This document shows, piece by piece, positions 23,733-34,800 of a stretch of 64,000 bases of DNA. The position numbers were made by a program, and so were the translations under genes. Under the pieces are notes generated by a model that saw only the letters and a list, made by a program, of their open reading frames with translations, did not search any database and was not told the DNA's origin. The DNA is from Callorhinchus milii (taxonomy: Eukaryota): assembly GCF_018977255.1 (NCBI RefSeq), contig NW_024704749.1:8308001-8372000 (forward strand), given 5' to 3'. How positions within the stretch are numbered: position 1 is the stretch's first letter; each line of letters starts with the position of its first letter.

Positions 23733-25984
23733 ACAAATATTTCAGCCCAGGACCTTGCCTACAAATGTGCGCCCGTCGTCCTAGTTTTATTCCGACCCGG
23801 AGGCGTGTTTCACTGAACAAAGGAACCACCTTTGCGTACAGCAATATTAAGTGAAGGGTTTCGGCTCACTTCAACCCCCTCCCGATTAAGTGGGAATTCA
23901 AAGTCAGACATTACAAAAATAACTCATGTTCAACCAGAGGCAGATTTTATCATTATGGCCAAGAGGGAATTAAACACCTATTTCGGAAGGAATCACTGGA
24001 AGGGTGCGAGAGACGTTGAGACGTCTCAACCGGTTCACGGAATATAGTGTAAAGTGAATTGTCTTGTGTTTTTTTTGTGAGCGAAACTGATGGGAGAAAC
24101 TGATGGGAATCACTTGAGCAGGAAGGGGAGTTTGAATGCATCGACCCAAAGATGTGGCCCCAAAAAAAACATACGTTTTTAAAATGATTACAATATTGGC
24201 TTTGAAAGTAAATGAGTTTTATCTTAAAACTCTGGCACGTTGAGCCTTAAAACAACGCTCCGTGCACATTTGCCCAGCGCTGGGACAGATCTTCCTCCAT
24301 CATGTAAGTCCGGGCAGTGGAGTTGAGGCAAGAACTGTTGGTGACAAGGTCTAACGCAAGCGAGGGATGCAATCTTCAAAAACCTTCGCTGCTTAGATGA
24401 CCCTCAGGTGTATCATGGAACCGGGTTTCCACCCGGTGGCTGTCACCACCAGAGGAGCTGAGCTCAGCCACTGTGTGACAACGCCATAGTCACTGCAGAA
24501 CCACATGTCTCTTCCAGCAGCATTCATTTCACCGTTCACACAATTCGCAGGGGATATCAGGTCATCGAACATTGTGTCTCAAACAAATGTCCAATCTATT
24601 CCCGATCGCGATTTCAGGCTCCCTGCCCGATCTCATGTCATTAACCTTGTGTGCTGGCTGCTCATTAATAGGGTCAGGCCAGATGGCCAGATGGTGTGCT
24701 GACATCATGGCTGAGGAAGTAACTCACACCAGCCAATGACTCAGTCTTGCTGAGGTGGGGTTAAACGAGGTTGGGGCTGAGTTCCGAGTACAGTAGACAA
24801 GCACAATCTCATGTACAAATTGTGACACAGCAGCAGATAACAGGGCACTTCCCCCTTCAGGTCAATTTACTCCAAACACGTGTTCAGAGAACAGCAACTT
24901 ACACAGCGTAGCATACATAGCATTGGATAGTGGGACAGTGAAGATAACTGAGCGAAGTGGGAAGGGCGGCTGAGAGGTTAGAAGAGGACAAGGTAGGCTT
25001 TTTGGAAGGCTGTCAGAGGCCAGGACAGTGGGTTTAATTTAAGCAACATATTAATGTTTTAATGGGAAGACTGTTGTGTGGAGAATGAGATCAAACAGCC
25101 ACTTTCATCCGAATCCCCTGTGACTTTGGATACATGCTGACATTTCAGTTAATAATAAGTGAAATACATATAGTATACGCATACAGTAAACTCTTGACAA
25201 CTCGTCACTCTGAAGGAAAAAAGCTCAGTGATGAGTTAGGCGTCTATATAAATACATAAATAAGTGTGGCCAGGATATCAACAGCATGATGACTTAAGTG
25301 GTAGTGACAAATTAAGCCAGGGTTGAGTTATCAGGAGTTTACTGTATATACACACACGCAAACACAATCGTACCAGTTAATCATATTTAATAAATAGTAA
25401 ACTATCCAATAACATAATAATATTAAACCTCGATAAAATCTCGATATAAACCAGCATTCAATTGGAAAATGGTATTGCCATCATTTTTACTTCTGAATTA
25501 AGACGTACAGCAACATTGTGCTTTTACACATTGTCATTATTAGATATAATTCTCATTTATAACAAAATTGCCACCTCGATATTCTCACAAAATCCCTACC
25601 ACGGCACATACATAAGTGTAACAGTTACTGTACGATGTGAGGTACTGTCCAAATGACACAAGAGAACATAACGTCATAGGTGAATGGGAAGTGAGATTAA
25701 AAACAGACATGCGCACACGCACACACAGGTGAAGTGTGAAAATCTTCAACTGTTAAACAGTGTATTTGTAATTAAATTATATCAGGCATTTAATTAACAA
25801 AATCAATTCCATACTTTAGAGCAGCCAGATATGTTATCCAAAGGACGGAATACTCTGTACGAACGCTTCACTTTGCAAGTCAAAGGGACTTTGTCTTCAA
25901 GTTTATCGGCTTATTGTCTCTGCCTCCCATCATCATAATTTGGGGCAAAAATAAATCAGCTTGAAAATTATTGGCATGGTTCAA

Positions 25985-26150
25985 TCACAACTTTTAAAAG
26001 GGAATTAGACAGGTACTTGAAGAGGAAAAATTTGCAGAGGTATGGGGAAAGAGCGGGGGACTGGGACCGATTGGGTAGCTCTTCCAAAGAGCTGGCACAA
26101 GCACGATGGGCCAAATGGCCTCCTTCTGTGCTTGTAATATTCTATGGTCA
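25985..26150 (+). mobile_element. CR1-like LINE 3' end
   Basis: FKRELDRYL followed by gatgggccaaatggcctccttctgtgc...ttctatg, typical of CR1 3' ends. A related inverted end lies at about 27660-27720. Confidence 0.7.
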
Positions 26151-27203
26151 TATGACTGAATTGCCGTTAAAGGTTAAAATATCACTGCAACTGAGTTCAG
26201 CTGATAGAAAAAGGGGCCTGCTTTGCCACTGTGTAAAAAGGGATTTGCAACCAGCGGATCTTATCCTGTGTCTCAGGATTCACCGGTTACGATTCCTTCC
26301 GCAGACCCTCTCTCAAATTTAAGAAGCCCGAGTGACACGGCCAGTCATTGGTGCCGAGGCGCTGCTTGCCGCTTCACTGATTGGTTTCTGAAGATATGCA
26401 TAATGTTCTTGTGGACCCGAGACTTGAGATACATAATTAGAACAACTCTGGTCTCCCACAGACACACACACAGGTCACCAGTTATCCCACCACTCACACT
26501 GTGTTTTGTAGCGAATGAACCACATAGCACAGGCCCTCATAGCAAGTCGCAGACAGGTCTAGATGTACCAGTCTCCCCCTCTCACTGAGAGGCACAGGGA
26601 GAGAGCAGCCGAGAAAACCCAATACAAATGACACTTATTTTGGAATTAATTAACCCATGATTATAGCAACAGTATAAGTATACTACACCACAGCCAAGAG
26701 ATAATGTCACCACAACCAACCTTCTAAATTCGATGAGGAAACATCACGTCCACAAAGAGTGCATAAAAAATGCTGAGCAAAAATATAGTCCGACCTTGTT
26801 CTTTCTCTTACCCAGAGACTGAGCAAATGTTTGCTCGCGTTTCTCCATCGCTAACGTCTCTTCACAATCGGATCACATACAGAAAATAACACATTTTGGC
26901 CCCCTGGTATAAGTTTAAGACATAGGTTAAACAGAACAATAATAAAAAAGCACTTTGAAAGACAATTTCTCACCCCCCACCACCCAATAATCATCACTAC
27001 CAAGAGACAAGCACTAATCACTTAATAATGCATTTTAAATTAAAAACAATCTCATAGAAGATTTTTTTTAAAAAATAGTGATTGACTGATTGTTAAAGCG
27101 CGGCCCCCAAAATGCAGATTATTAATTCCGTTTGCTGCTGGGTTGAACGTGTTAGATTCAATGCTTGTTAAACCACTGTTACCGAACCACTTGATCTAGT
27201 TGA

Positions 27204-29506
27204 TCACTGGCTGTTGTTTCGGTCCAGCCTCTCCAGCACTCGGTTCAGACGCAGGTTCATGACCCGGACTTGCCCCTCGAGGTGATCGATCTTCTCCTCC
27301 AGGTGGCCTCCTCCACCACCGCGTCGCCAGTAAAAGCCCACGGGGCCGGTCATGAAATAAACCAACACCACGAAGCAGAGGGGGAGCACTGCTCTCTCGG
27401 GGTCTCCCTCAAACTTCTGCAGGATGTAGAGGCAGGAGAGGGCGAAGAGGGCTACACGAGCCAGCCAGAAAAAGCGCCCGAGTAGCGCATGTAGGGCATA
27501 AAAGAACAGTCCCAGGAACATGGAGAGGAACCAGTACCCGATGAGCACTGCCACTACCAGCAGCAGTACTCGGGCCGGGTGGTTGGCCACTGTGGTCGGG
27601 GTCAGATACTGGGTCAGGTTCGTTGCTGCAAGGAAACGAGACGGGATTATAGTATCCAAACATAGGAACAGGAGGTGGCCATTCAGCCCTTCATTCTATT
27701 CAGTTCCGTCATTCTATTAGATCATGTACCTCAATGCCAAATTTCTTTGCCCCATATGCCTTGATATCCTGACCTAACAAAAATCTATGCGCCTCAATTG
27801 TGAAAATTTTAATGGATCTAGCATCACAGCCTTTTGAACATCTCAAACGGTTTCACTTTATTGACAGTCCAGCGCACGGAGATGACACCAATTCAGGTTC
27901 AATGGGGACAAAAAGCCTCCTCCCCCATACTATAGTTTCTACCCCACGACTTGACTCAATGCTTCACAGCAATTTATTGGGCATGGAGAGGTGCTGCTCG
28001 CATATAATTGGCTGTCGCGTTCCCCTACACACTACACAGTGACTGCACTTTATAATAAACCCTGTGAAGCGCTTTGCTTGCTCCTGACGTGAAAGGCACA
28101 GTGGACAATGCAACCATTCTTAATGACAATACAGTCAAACCTCCATTCAGCAAACCTGTTTACAGTCTGGGTTCACACACCAACAAATCCTCTTACTCCA
28201 AGGCCACCCTTATATACTGTGGTCCAGTGCCCTGAGACGTTGTTAAAGACAGGTGTAAGTGTATACATGGGATAAGACAGTTTACCATCAATCCCCAGCA
28301 CATCCAGAAGGTCGGCCCAGATCTTCCACACTGTGTCCACCAGCGTATCCACCCCCTGCACAAACTGCTCCGTGATTCTCGAGAAAAACTGAGACACACA
28401 GATACATTAGAAGACCGGTTACTTAAATACATTTTAATCATTTAAAACGTTGGGTGCACTTTTTAAAATATATATATATATATGTATTTAAAACACTGCA
28501 GTTACCAACATTAGCAATCTTTGTGAACGACAATCTTGTCGTCCGGATGTCTCAAAGTGCTTCACGGGATATGCTGCAAAGTGTAGTGACTGTGCATCTT
28601 GCGAAATTGATACAGAAATTCCTACACAGACACTTTCTTTTGTTAAAAAAAACGATTGCAAACCTGATGCACCGATTTGGCGTTTGAGCCATTGCAGTTT
28701 GGAGCAATGTCTGTATTTAAAACATTGCAAAAAATAAACTTGACCCCAGCGGCCCCGAACCCCCAAACCCAGGGGCCCCGAACCCCCAAACCCAGGGGCC
28801 CCGAACCCCCAAACCCAGGGGCCCCGAACCCCCAAACCCAGGGGCCCCCGAACCCCCAAACCCAGGGGCCCCCGAACCCCCAAACCAGGGGCCCCAACCC
28901 CCAAACCCAGGGGCCCGAACCCCCAAACCCAGGGGCCCCCGAACCCCCAAACCCAGGGGCCCCGAACCCCCAAACCCAGGGGCCCCGAACCCCCAAACCC
29001 AGGGGCCCCGAACCCCCAAACCCAGGGGCCCCGAACCCCCAAACCCAGGGCCCCGAACCCCCAAACTCAGGGGCCCCGAACCCCCAAACCCATGGCCTCC
29101 CCCACCCCCCCCCCGAACCCCCAAACTCAGGGGCCCGAACCCCCAAACCCATGGCCTCCCCACCCCCCACCCCCGAACCCCCAAACCCAGGGGCCCCGAA
29201 CCCCCAAACCCAGGGGGCCCCGAACCCCCAAACCCAGGGGCCCCGAACCCCCAAACCCAGGGGCCCCGAACCCCCCCCCTCGTCACCCGGTACCTTGTGC
29301 AGCGCGCGCAGGTTGGCCTCCCCGGCCGCGGCCGCCAGGCTCTGGTACAGGCCGCTCGCCGCCCGCCTCAGGGTGTTTTGTTTGTGGTCGGAGCCGGAAT
29401 CGTAGCGTTGCTTCAGCCCGAGCCCCGGGCCCGCGGCCAAGAGCAGCACCGCGGCCACGGACACGGCCAGACCCAGGCCCAGCGCCCGGCAGCGCAGCCC
29501 CGCCAT
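27204..29506 (-). CDS. BRI3BP: BRI3-binding protein (membrane protein), 3 exons, 245 aa
   Basis: Exons 29294-29506 (MAGLRCRALGLGLAVSVAAVLLL...GEANLRALHK), 28286-28388 (FFSRITEQFVQGVDTL...LLDVLGID) and 27204-27625 (NLTQYLTP...PARVLLL...YWFLS...ERAVLPL...YFMTGP...LEEKIDHLEGQVRVMNLRLNRVLERLD). Total 738 nt, GT-AG. Syntenic position between AACS and DHX37. Confidence 0.93.
28745..29280. repeat. Minisatellite, 22-24 bp unit GGGCCCCGAACCCCCAAACCCA, BRI3BP intron 1
   Basis: More than 20 visible tandem units, starting about 13 nt after the exon 1 donor. Confidence 0.95.
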
Positions 29507-30984
29507 CAGGGCCACCCGCAGCCCCGGCTCTCCGCTCTCACCGCCTCCCGCGCGCGCTGTACGGCCGCGAAAGTCTTCCCCCCTCCTCACTCACGCTGTG
29601 CAACTGCTAAAGCGTCCGCTCTGACACTGCACACAGCGCCCAAAGGGGCCGGGAATTAAACACACGCCCATTTCTAACCCCAGGGGTCTACCCCACTCCA
29701 TCAGCCCCGATATTATATCATTGCATTGCATATCACATATAACTATTATTATATATCACATATAATATTAGACGTGGCCTCCTGTGATGCCGTCCGCTTT
29801 AGGGAGACTCCAAATTCCACCTCGACGTTGACTGGAATTAACCGGCGAGCAACGACGACGACAACTTGCATTCACAGCGCCCCCCCCCACCCCCCAATGC
29901 AGGGTAGCGTCCCAGAGCGCTTGACAGCCTCGGAGCACGACGCCGAGGCCAGAGGGAGAGGGGGAGCGGCGGGAGGTGACCGGTCCAAGCGGAAGGTCTT
30001 CGGGTACGAAGGAGAAGGGCGAAGCGGAGGGATAAGAGGGCGTTTTGGGGTCCAGTGGCTGAAAGCGCGACGCCTCGGACAAGCAGGAGCCGGCCCGAGC
30101 TGAGGCGACAAGCAGTGGGTCAAGGAGTAAGCGGGTCGGAGAGGGCTCTCGGTTCATTTAAGAAACAGCTGAGGCTGTGACGGAAGATGGCAGGAGGGTT
30201 ATGTTGGAAGGATGAGATCAAGTGAGCTCGAGGGCCTTCTGCACCGGCAACTCTCTCCCAATCTTGTCTTTTTCTGCAAAAAGATAAACTGGAAACCGCG
30301 AGCTGAAACGTTCGGGGCCCGGCGTTAGAATTGCTCTCGAGGTTGCTGTTCTACTATGCATAAGGTGCAATTTGCTGTGGTTGGGTAACTCTGCCAATGC
30401 AACCTGTTCTGCACGGCGTTTGTGCAAAGCTATCACTTTTTCGCTCACCTCATGGACTTTACTGTTTGCTTCATCTTTTGTAGTCTAGTCACAAAATAAA
30501 TAACTCTGAACCTTTTAACCTAAGTATCCAGCAATTTTACACTGAATTGGCACATAGCTAAAATCAATAAGACACTATCTGGCTTTGGGGTTTGATCTCA
30601 CACAGTGGCTATGATAACATCTAATATACTGCCTTCTTGGTCGCGCTTTGATAAATTGCTTAAAGACTGCAAGGTTTGTAATTGAAATTTCAAGGAAGTT
30701 TACTAAATTCATCCATGATCATTATTATTATTATTATTATCATTGTCTCCAAAGGGATAAGCAGCTTTAATCCCAGAAAAAAATTGATTTTAAGATTTTC
30801 ATACAAGCCTAATTTCTACCAGAGTTACAAGTCAGACCAGAAATTCCTCTCTTCCATCCTTATAATAATAATAATGGATAATAATAATCCTGACATTTGA
30901 TATAGCGCTTTATCACATCTTCGAAACGTCTCAAAGCACTTCACAGAATATACCATAGAGTGAATGGACTGTATATGGTTGTGT

Positions 30985-31470
30985 GTTCCCATCACACAGA
31001 GGATACAGTTCAAGATCCGGGTCCTCACCTTCAAAGCCCTCCACGGTCCTTCTCCCCACTACCTCTCCGACCTCTAACCCCCTACCATCCTGTTCGCTCC
31101 CTCCGCTCAGCGGGCTCCGACCTGCTCCCCTCCCCCCGCTCTTTTCACCCCAACATCGGCGGGCGGGCGGGCCTTCCGCCGCTCTGCACCCACCACCCTC
31201 TGGAACGCCATCCCGCCTCACCCCCTCCTTCGCCGCCTTCAAGGCCCACCTTAAGACCCTCCTCTTCAACCGTGCTTTCGGATCTCCCCTCTTCTTCCCC
31301 GGCCCCCGACCCCTCAGCTCAGCTCCGTAACAACAACAACAACATTACATTTGTATAGCGCCTTTCACATCAGGAGGACATCCCACGACACTGACCGTCC
31401 AGAGCCTTTGGGACGTCCTCCCGACGTGAAAGGCGCTGTGCAAATGTCATCTTGTTGTTGTTGTTGTCGT
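30985..31470 (+). mobile_element. L2 3' fragment abutting the DHX37 promoter array
   Basis: cagaggatacagttcaagatcc...ctctggaac...ttcaaggcccaccttaagaccctcctcttc matches 47630-47900; (TTG)n tail at about 31455. Confidence 0.75.
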
Positions 31471-31483
31471 TATCAGGCTCTGT

Positions 31484-31830
31484 CCTGATTGGCCGCTCCC
31501 CCATTGCCTTGCTCTGATTGGCCGCTCCCCCATTGCCTTGCTCTGATTGGCCGCCTCCAGTCCTCTGCTCTGATTGGCCGCTCCCCCATTGCCTTGCTCT
31601 GATTGGCCGCCTCCAGTCCTCTGCTCTGATTGGCCGCTCCGCCCCCATTGCCTTGCTCTGATTGGCCGCTCCGCCCCCATTGCCTTGCTCTGATTGGCCG
31701 CTCCGCCCCCATTGCCTTGCTCTGATTGGCCGATCCCGAAGGCACCCTCTGATTGGGGCCTCGAGGCTCGCGCTCGGCCCTGATTGGCCGCGGGGCAGGG
31801 CGGGCCGGGCAGCGGCACGTGTTCACGGAG
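31484..31830. promoter_or_regulatory. DHX37 promoter (divergent from BRI3BP) built from a tandem array of CCAAT boxes
   Basis: ATTGG at 31488, 31517, 31546, 31573, 31602, 31629, 31661, 31693, 31725, 31752 and 31783, mostly in CTGATTGGCCG context. The last copy ends about 45 nt before the DHX37 ATG (31832). CpG island. Confidence 0.75.
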
Positions 31831-31831
31831 G

Positions 31832-34800
31832 ATGGGGCGCGCGCGGCAGCTGAGAGCGGTCGCGGGGGGACGGCGGCGGCCTCGCGGGCCTCCGGCACCG
31901 TCCCCGGGACCGGGAGCCGCCCCCGCGCCGCTCCGGGTGCGGGTGGAGCTGTCAGGTCAGTAACTCACGGGCTCCGGCCCGCGGGCCAGGTCAGGGCTCG
32001 CGGGCCTCAGGCTCGGCCCTCTGCGCGGGGTGGGGGAAGAGTGCGGTTGCTGCGGGTTGTTGCCTAGGCAACCGGCCCCTGGGATTACCACAGTCACTAC
32101 ACCCCGTCGGTCAGTCATTACAGCCACCCAGTCAGTCACTACAGTCAGTCAGTCAGCCAGCCAGCCAGTCACTACACCTGGCTGACAGAACAGTTAGTTA
32201 GTTTGTTTACCCACAGCTACACACAGTCACTACACTTCACAGTAAGTCCTGGGCAGCGCTACTGTTTGCGACAAACGGCGATACGTACGTTGCGGAGCGA
32301 TTCGAGATGTCTCCACGTTTATATAATCTCTCTTTCCGCCTCCACGATCCCCCCCTCCCCCTCTCCCCGCTCCCCCCTCCCCCGCTCCCCCCTCCTCTCC
32401 CCCCCTCCCCCGCTCCCCCCTCCCCACCCAAATAACCTCGTGAAGATGGAGCCAAGTTGAAAGGTGTCGATGAGAGCAACGCCCTGGTCCTGCCGGGGAA
32501 GAGGACCAAGGGAAAGCGAGCGAGGGAGGAGGCGGCGGTGCAAAGGCCACCGCTCAGCAAGAAGCGCAGGAAACAGTTGCAGAAAGTACTGGAGCTGAAA
32601 GAAAAGAAAACCCAGGTTAATTTTCCTCTCGCCTCGATGAGGAGTGCTGTGAGACGGGTTGGGGACGGGGCGGGTTGGATTGGCTCTGAGGAAACAGCGC
32701 ATCGGCACGTCCGAGGCTCAGTCGACGGGTGAGCCGGGCTGTCTGGGTCCCTGGGACTCTCCCCAGCGAAAAGGGTGCTGCGTAAATGCACGTTGTTCCT
32801 CTTCAACACCTTACCAACCTGTCTGCCCTCTCTGCTTGGTGGGCACTGGCCTCGTCCTGCCCGCTTCACCATCGGCGGACGGACCTTCAGCCTTTCTGCT
32901 TCTGAATTTGAAAGGCGCTATATAGAGGTCATTCGTTGTTGACCCGGGTGGACCGAGCTGGACAAGCACAGCCCTGGGGGGGGGGGGGCTCGAGGGGGGC
33001 CACTGGGGGCCGTGGTGTTTGGGGAGGTTTGCGGTTGCCTTTGGTGCTTTAACCTCTCTCCCTGGCCCCTCCCTACAGAGAGCCGATATTCTGAGTAAAC
33101 TCACGGAATGCCAGGCCACCGAGTCGGAAATGAAGCTTCTGTTCACCACCTCCAAGCTGGGCACAGGGCAGCGGCTGTACCAGACTAAGCTGTGAGTAAG
33201 ATCGTTTGTTTCCATCGGCTAATCGGGCCCTCGGCTTCTCTGCCCCACATTCTGGAACTCCATCCCAGTCCCTCCGCCTCGCTCCCCTCCCACCCTTGCC
33301 TCCTTCAAGACCCGGCTCAAGACCCTCCTCCTCGACCGACCCTCCTAACCCCTGCCCTCCCGTCCCTCTTGAACCCAACCCCCCAGCTTGGGTGCAAATC
33401 CCTAACTGTTCAGCACTTTGGGACGACCTTCCGATGTGTAAGGCACTGTGTGAATGTAATTTGTTGTTGTTTCATCTTCATCTTGTTACGACAGCTTCTC
33501 TACATCCTGCCCTGAGCTCATAGTGCGTAGCCCTGGGGCTGAGGCACTTTGTGAGTCTGACACCAAGCTCTGTACTGTACCAGCTGGGGGGATATATATG
33601 AGAAATGATATGACCTTCCCTCCTCTACTCTCGTCCTCTGTAGGTGTGAAGCCGAGCCTGACGGCCCCTGTAAGATCAGCAGTATCAGTGGAGCCAACAG
33701 GCGGAGCGGGGGGTCAGAGGCGGGGGAGGAGCTAGAGTCCGAGACGAGCGAATCTTCCGAGAGCTCGAGTGAGGAGGAGGAAGAGCGAGTGGACGAAACG
33801 GAAACAGTGACAGAGACGGGTGATACAACGGCAGGATCTGAGCCACCGGTCGAAACCGGTAACCAGGCACAGAGCGCGTCGAACACAGCGGCAGCCGAGG
33901 CCCCCGCCGCCCCTGGGAAAATCCCGGAGCCAAAGCCACCCTCGCAGCCGGCCATTTTCATCCCCGTGGACAGGAGCCCGGAAATCCAGGTCTGTCTGTA
34001 GCGTTCGCCATCAGTAACGGTTCAGAACCAGGTCGCCGGGGAGAAACGCCGGGAATCTTTAACTCGTTATTTTTTTCCTTTCCTTCTCGCCGCAGGAAGC
34101 TCGGCTGCTGCTGCCGATCCTAGCGGAGGAGCAGGTGGTGATGGAGGCCGTGACGCACAACCGCGTGGTGGTGATCAGCGGCGAGACCGGCAGCGGCAAA
34201 ACCACCCAGGTGCCGCAGTTCCTGTACGAGGCTGGTTACGCCAGGTACAGCGGGCTTCTCACGCGACACATGCCCCATTCACTCACAGCGCAGCGCACAC
34301 AGCACAGCTCGCTCTCCCACGCACGACACACACAATCCGCTCGCACACCCACAGCCCGCTCATAACCACACACTGCACACCCACTGCTCACACCACACAC
34401 TGCACACCCGCCACTCACACGCATAGCGCTCGTTCTCCGCTCGCACACAAGTCTAGCAAACTCAACTTGGACCGTGAATCAAACCAGCGAGCTCCCACTC
34501 CATAAGCCGCTGCTCTGCTCACTCTGCCCTGGGGGAGAGGAGCTGCTGAGTGTTCTGTATTCTTTATTGAATTGTGCACAGCCTGTGGGGATGTGGCTGA
34601 CATGTTGCTAAGCAGCTGTGTGTAAAACCTTGTCCGCAGCGGTGACGGGATCATCGGGGTGACGGAGCCCAGGAGAGTGGCCGCCGTCAGCATGTCCCAG
34701 CGCGTGGCCAAGGAAATGAACCTCTCAGACAGGTGCGGAGCGCTCTCTCTCTCTCTCTTCATTAATGTCACGTGGAGCATGTGTGAAGTCATCAAGCGGA

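Noticed and set aside
28488-29405. Collagen- or mucin-like ORFs (PNPQTQGP / GPLGLGVR repeats)
   Set aside because: Alternative frames of the BRI3BP intron 1 minisatellite.
31484-31790. Regularly spaced repeats resembling a CRISPR array
   Set aside because: The spacers are themselves repeated, there are no cas genes, and the context is eukaryotic; it is a promoter VNTR.
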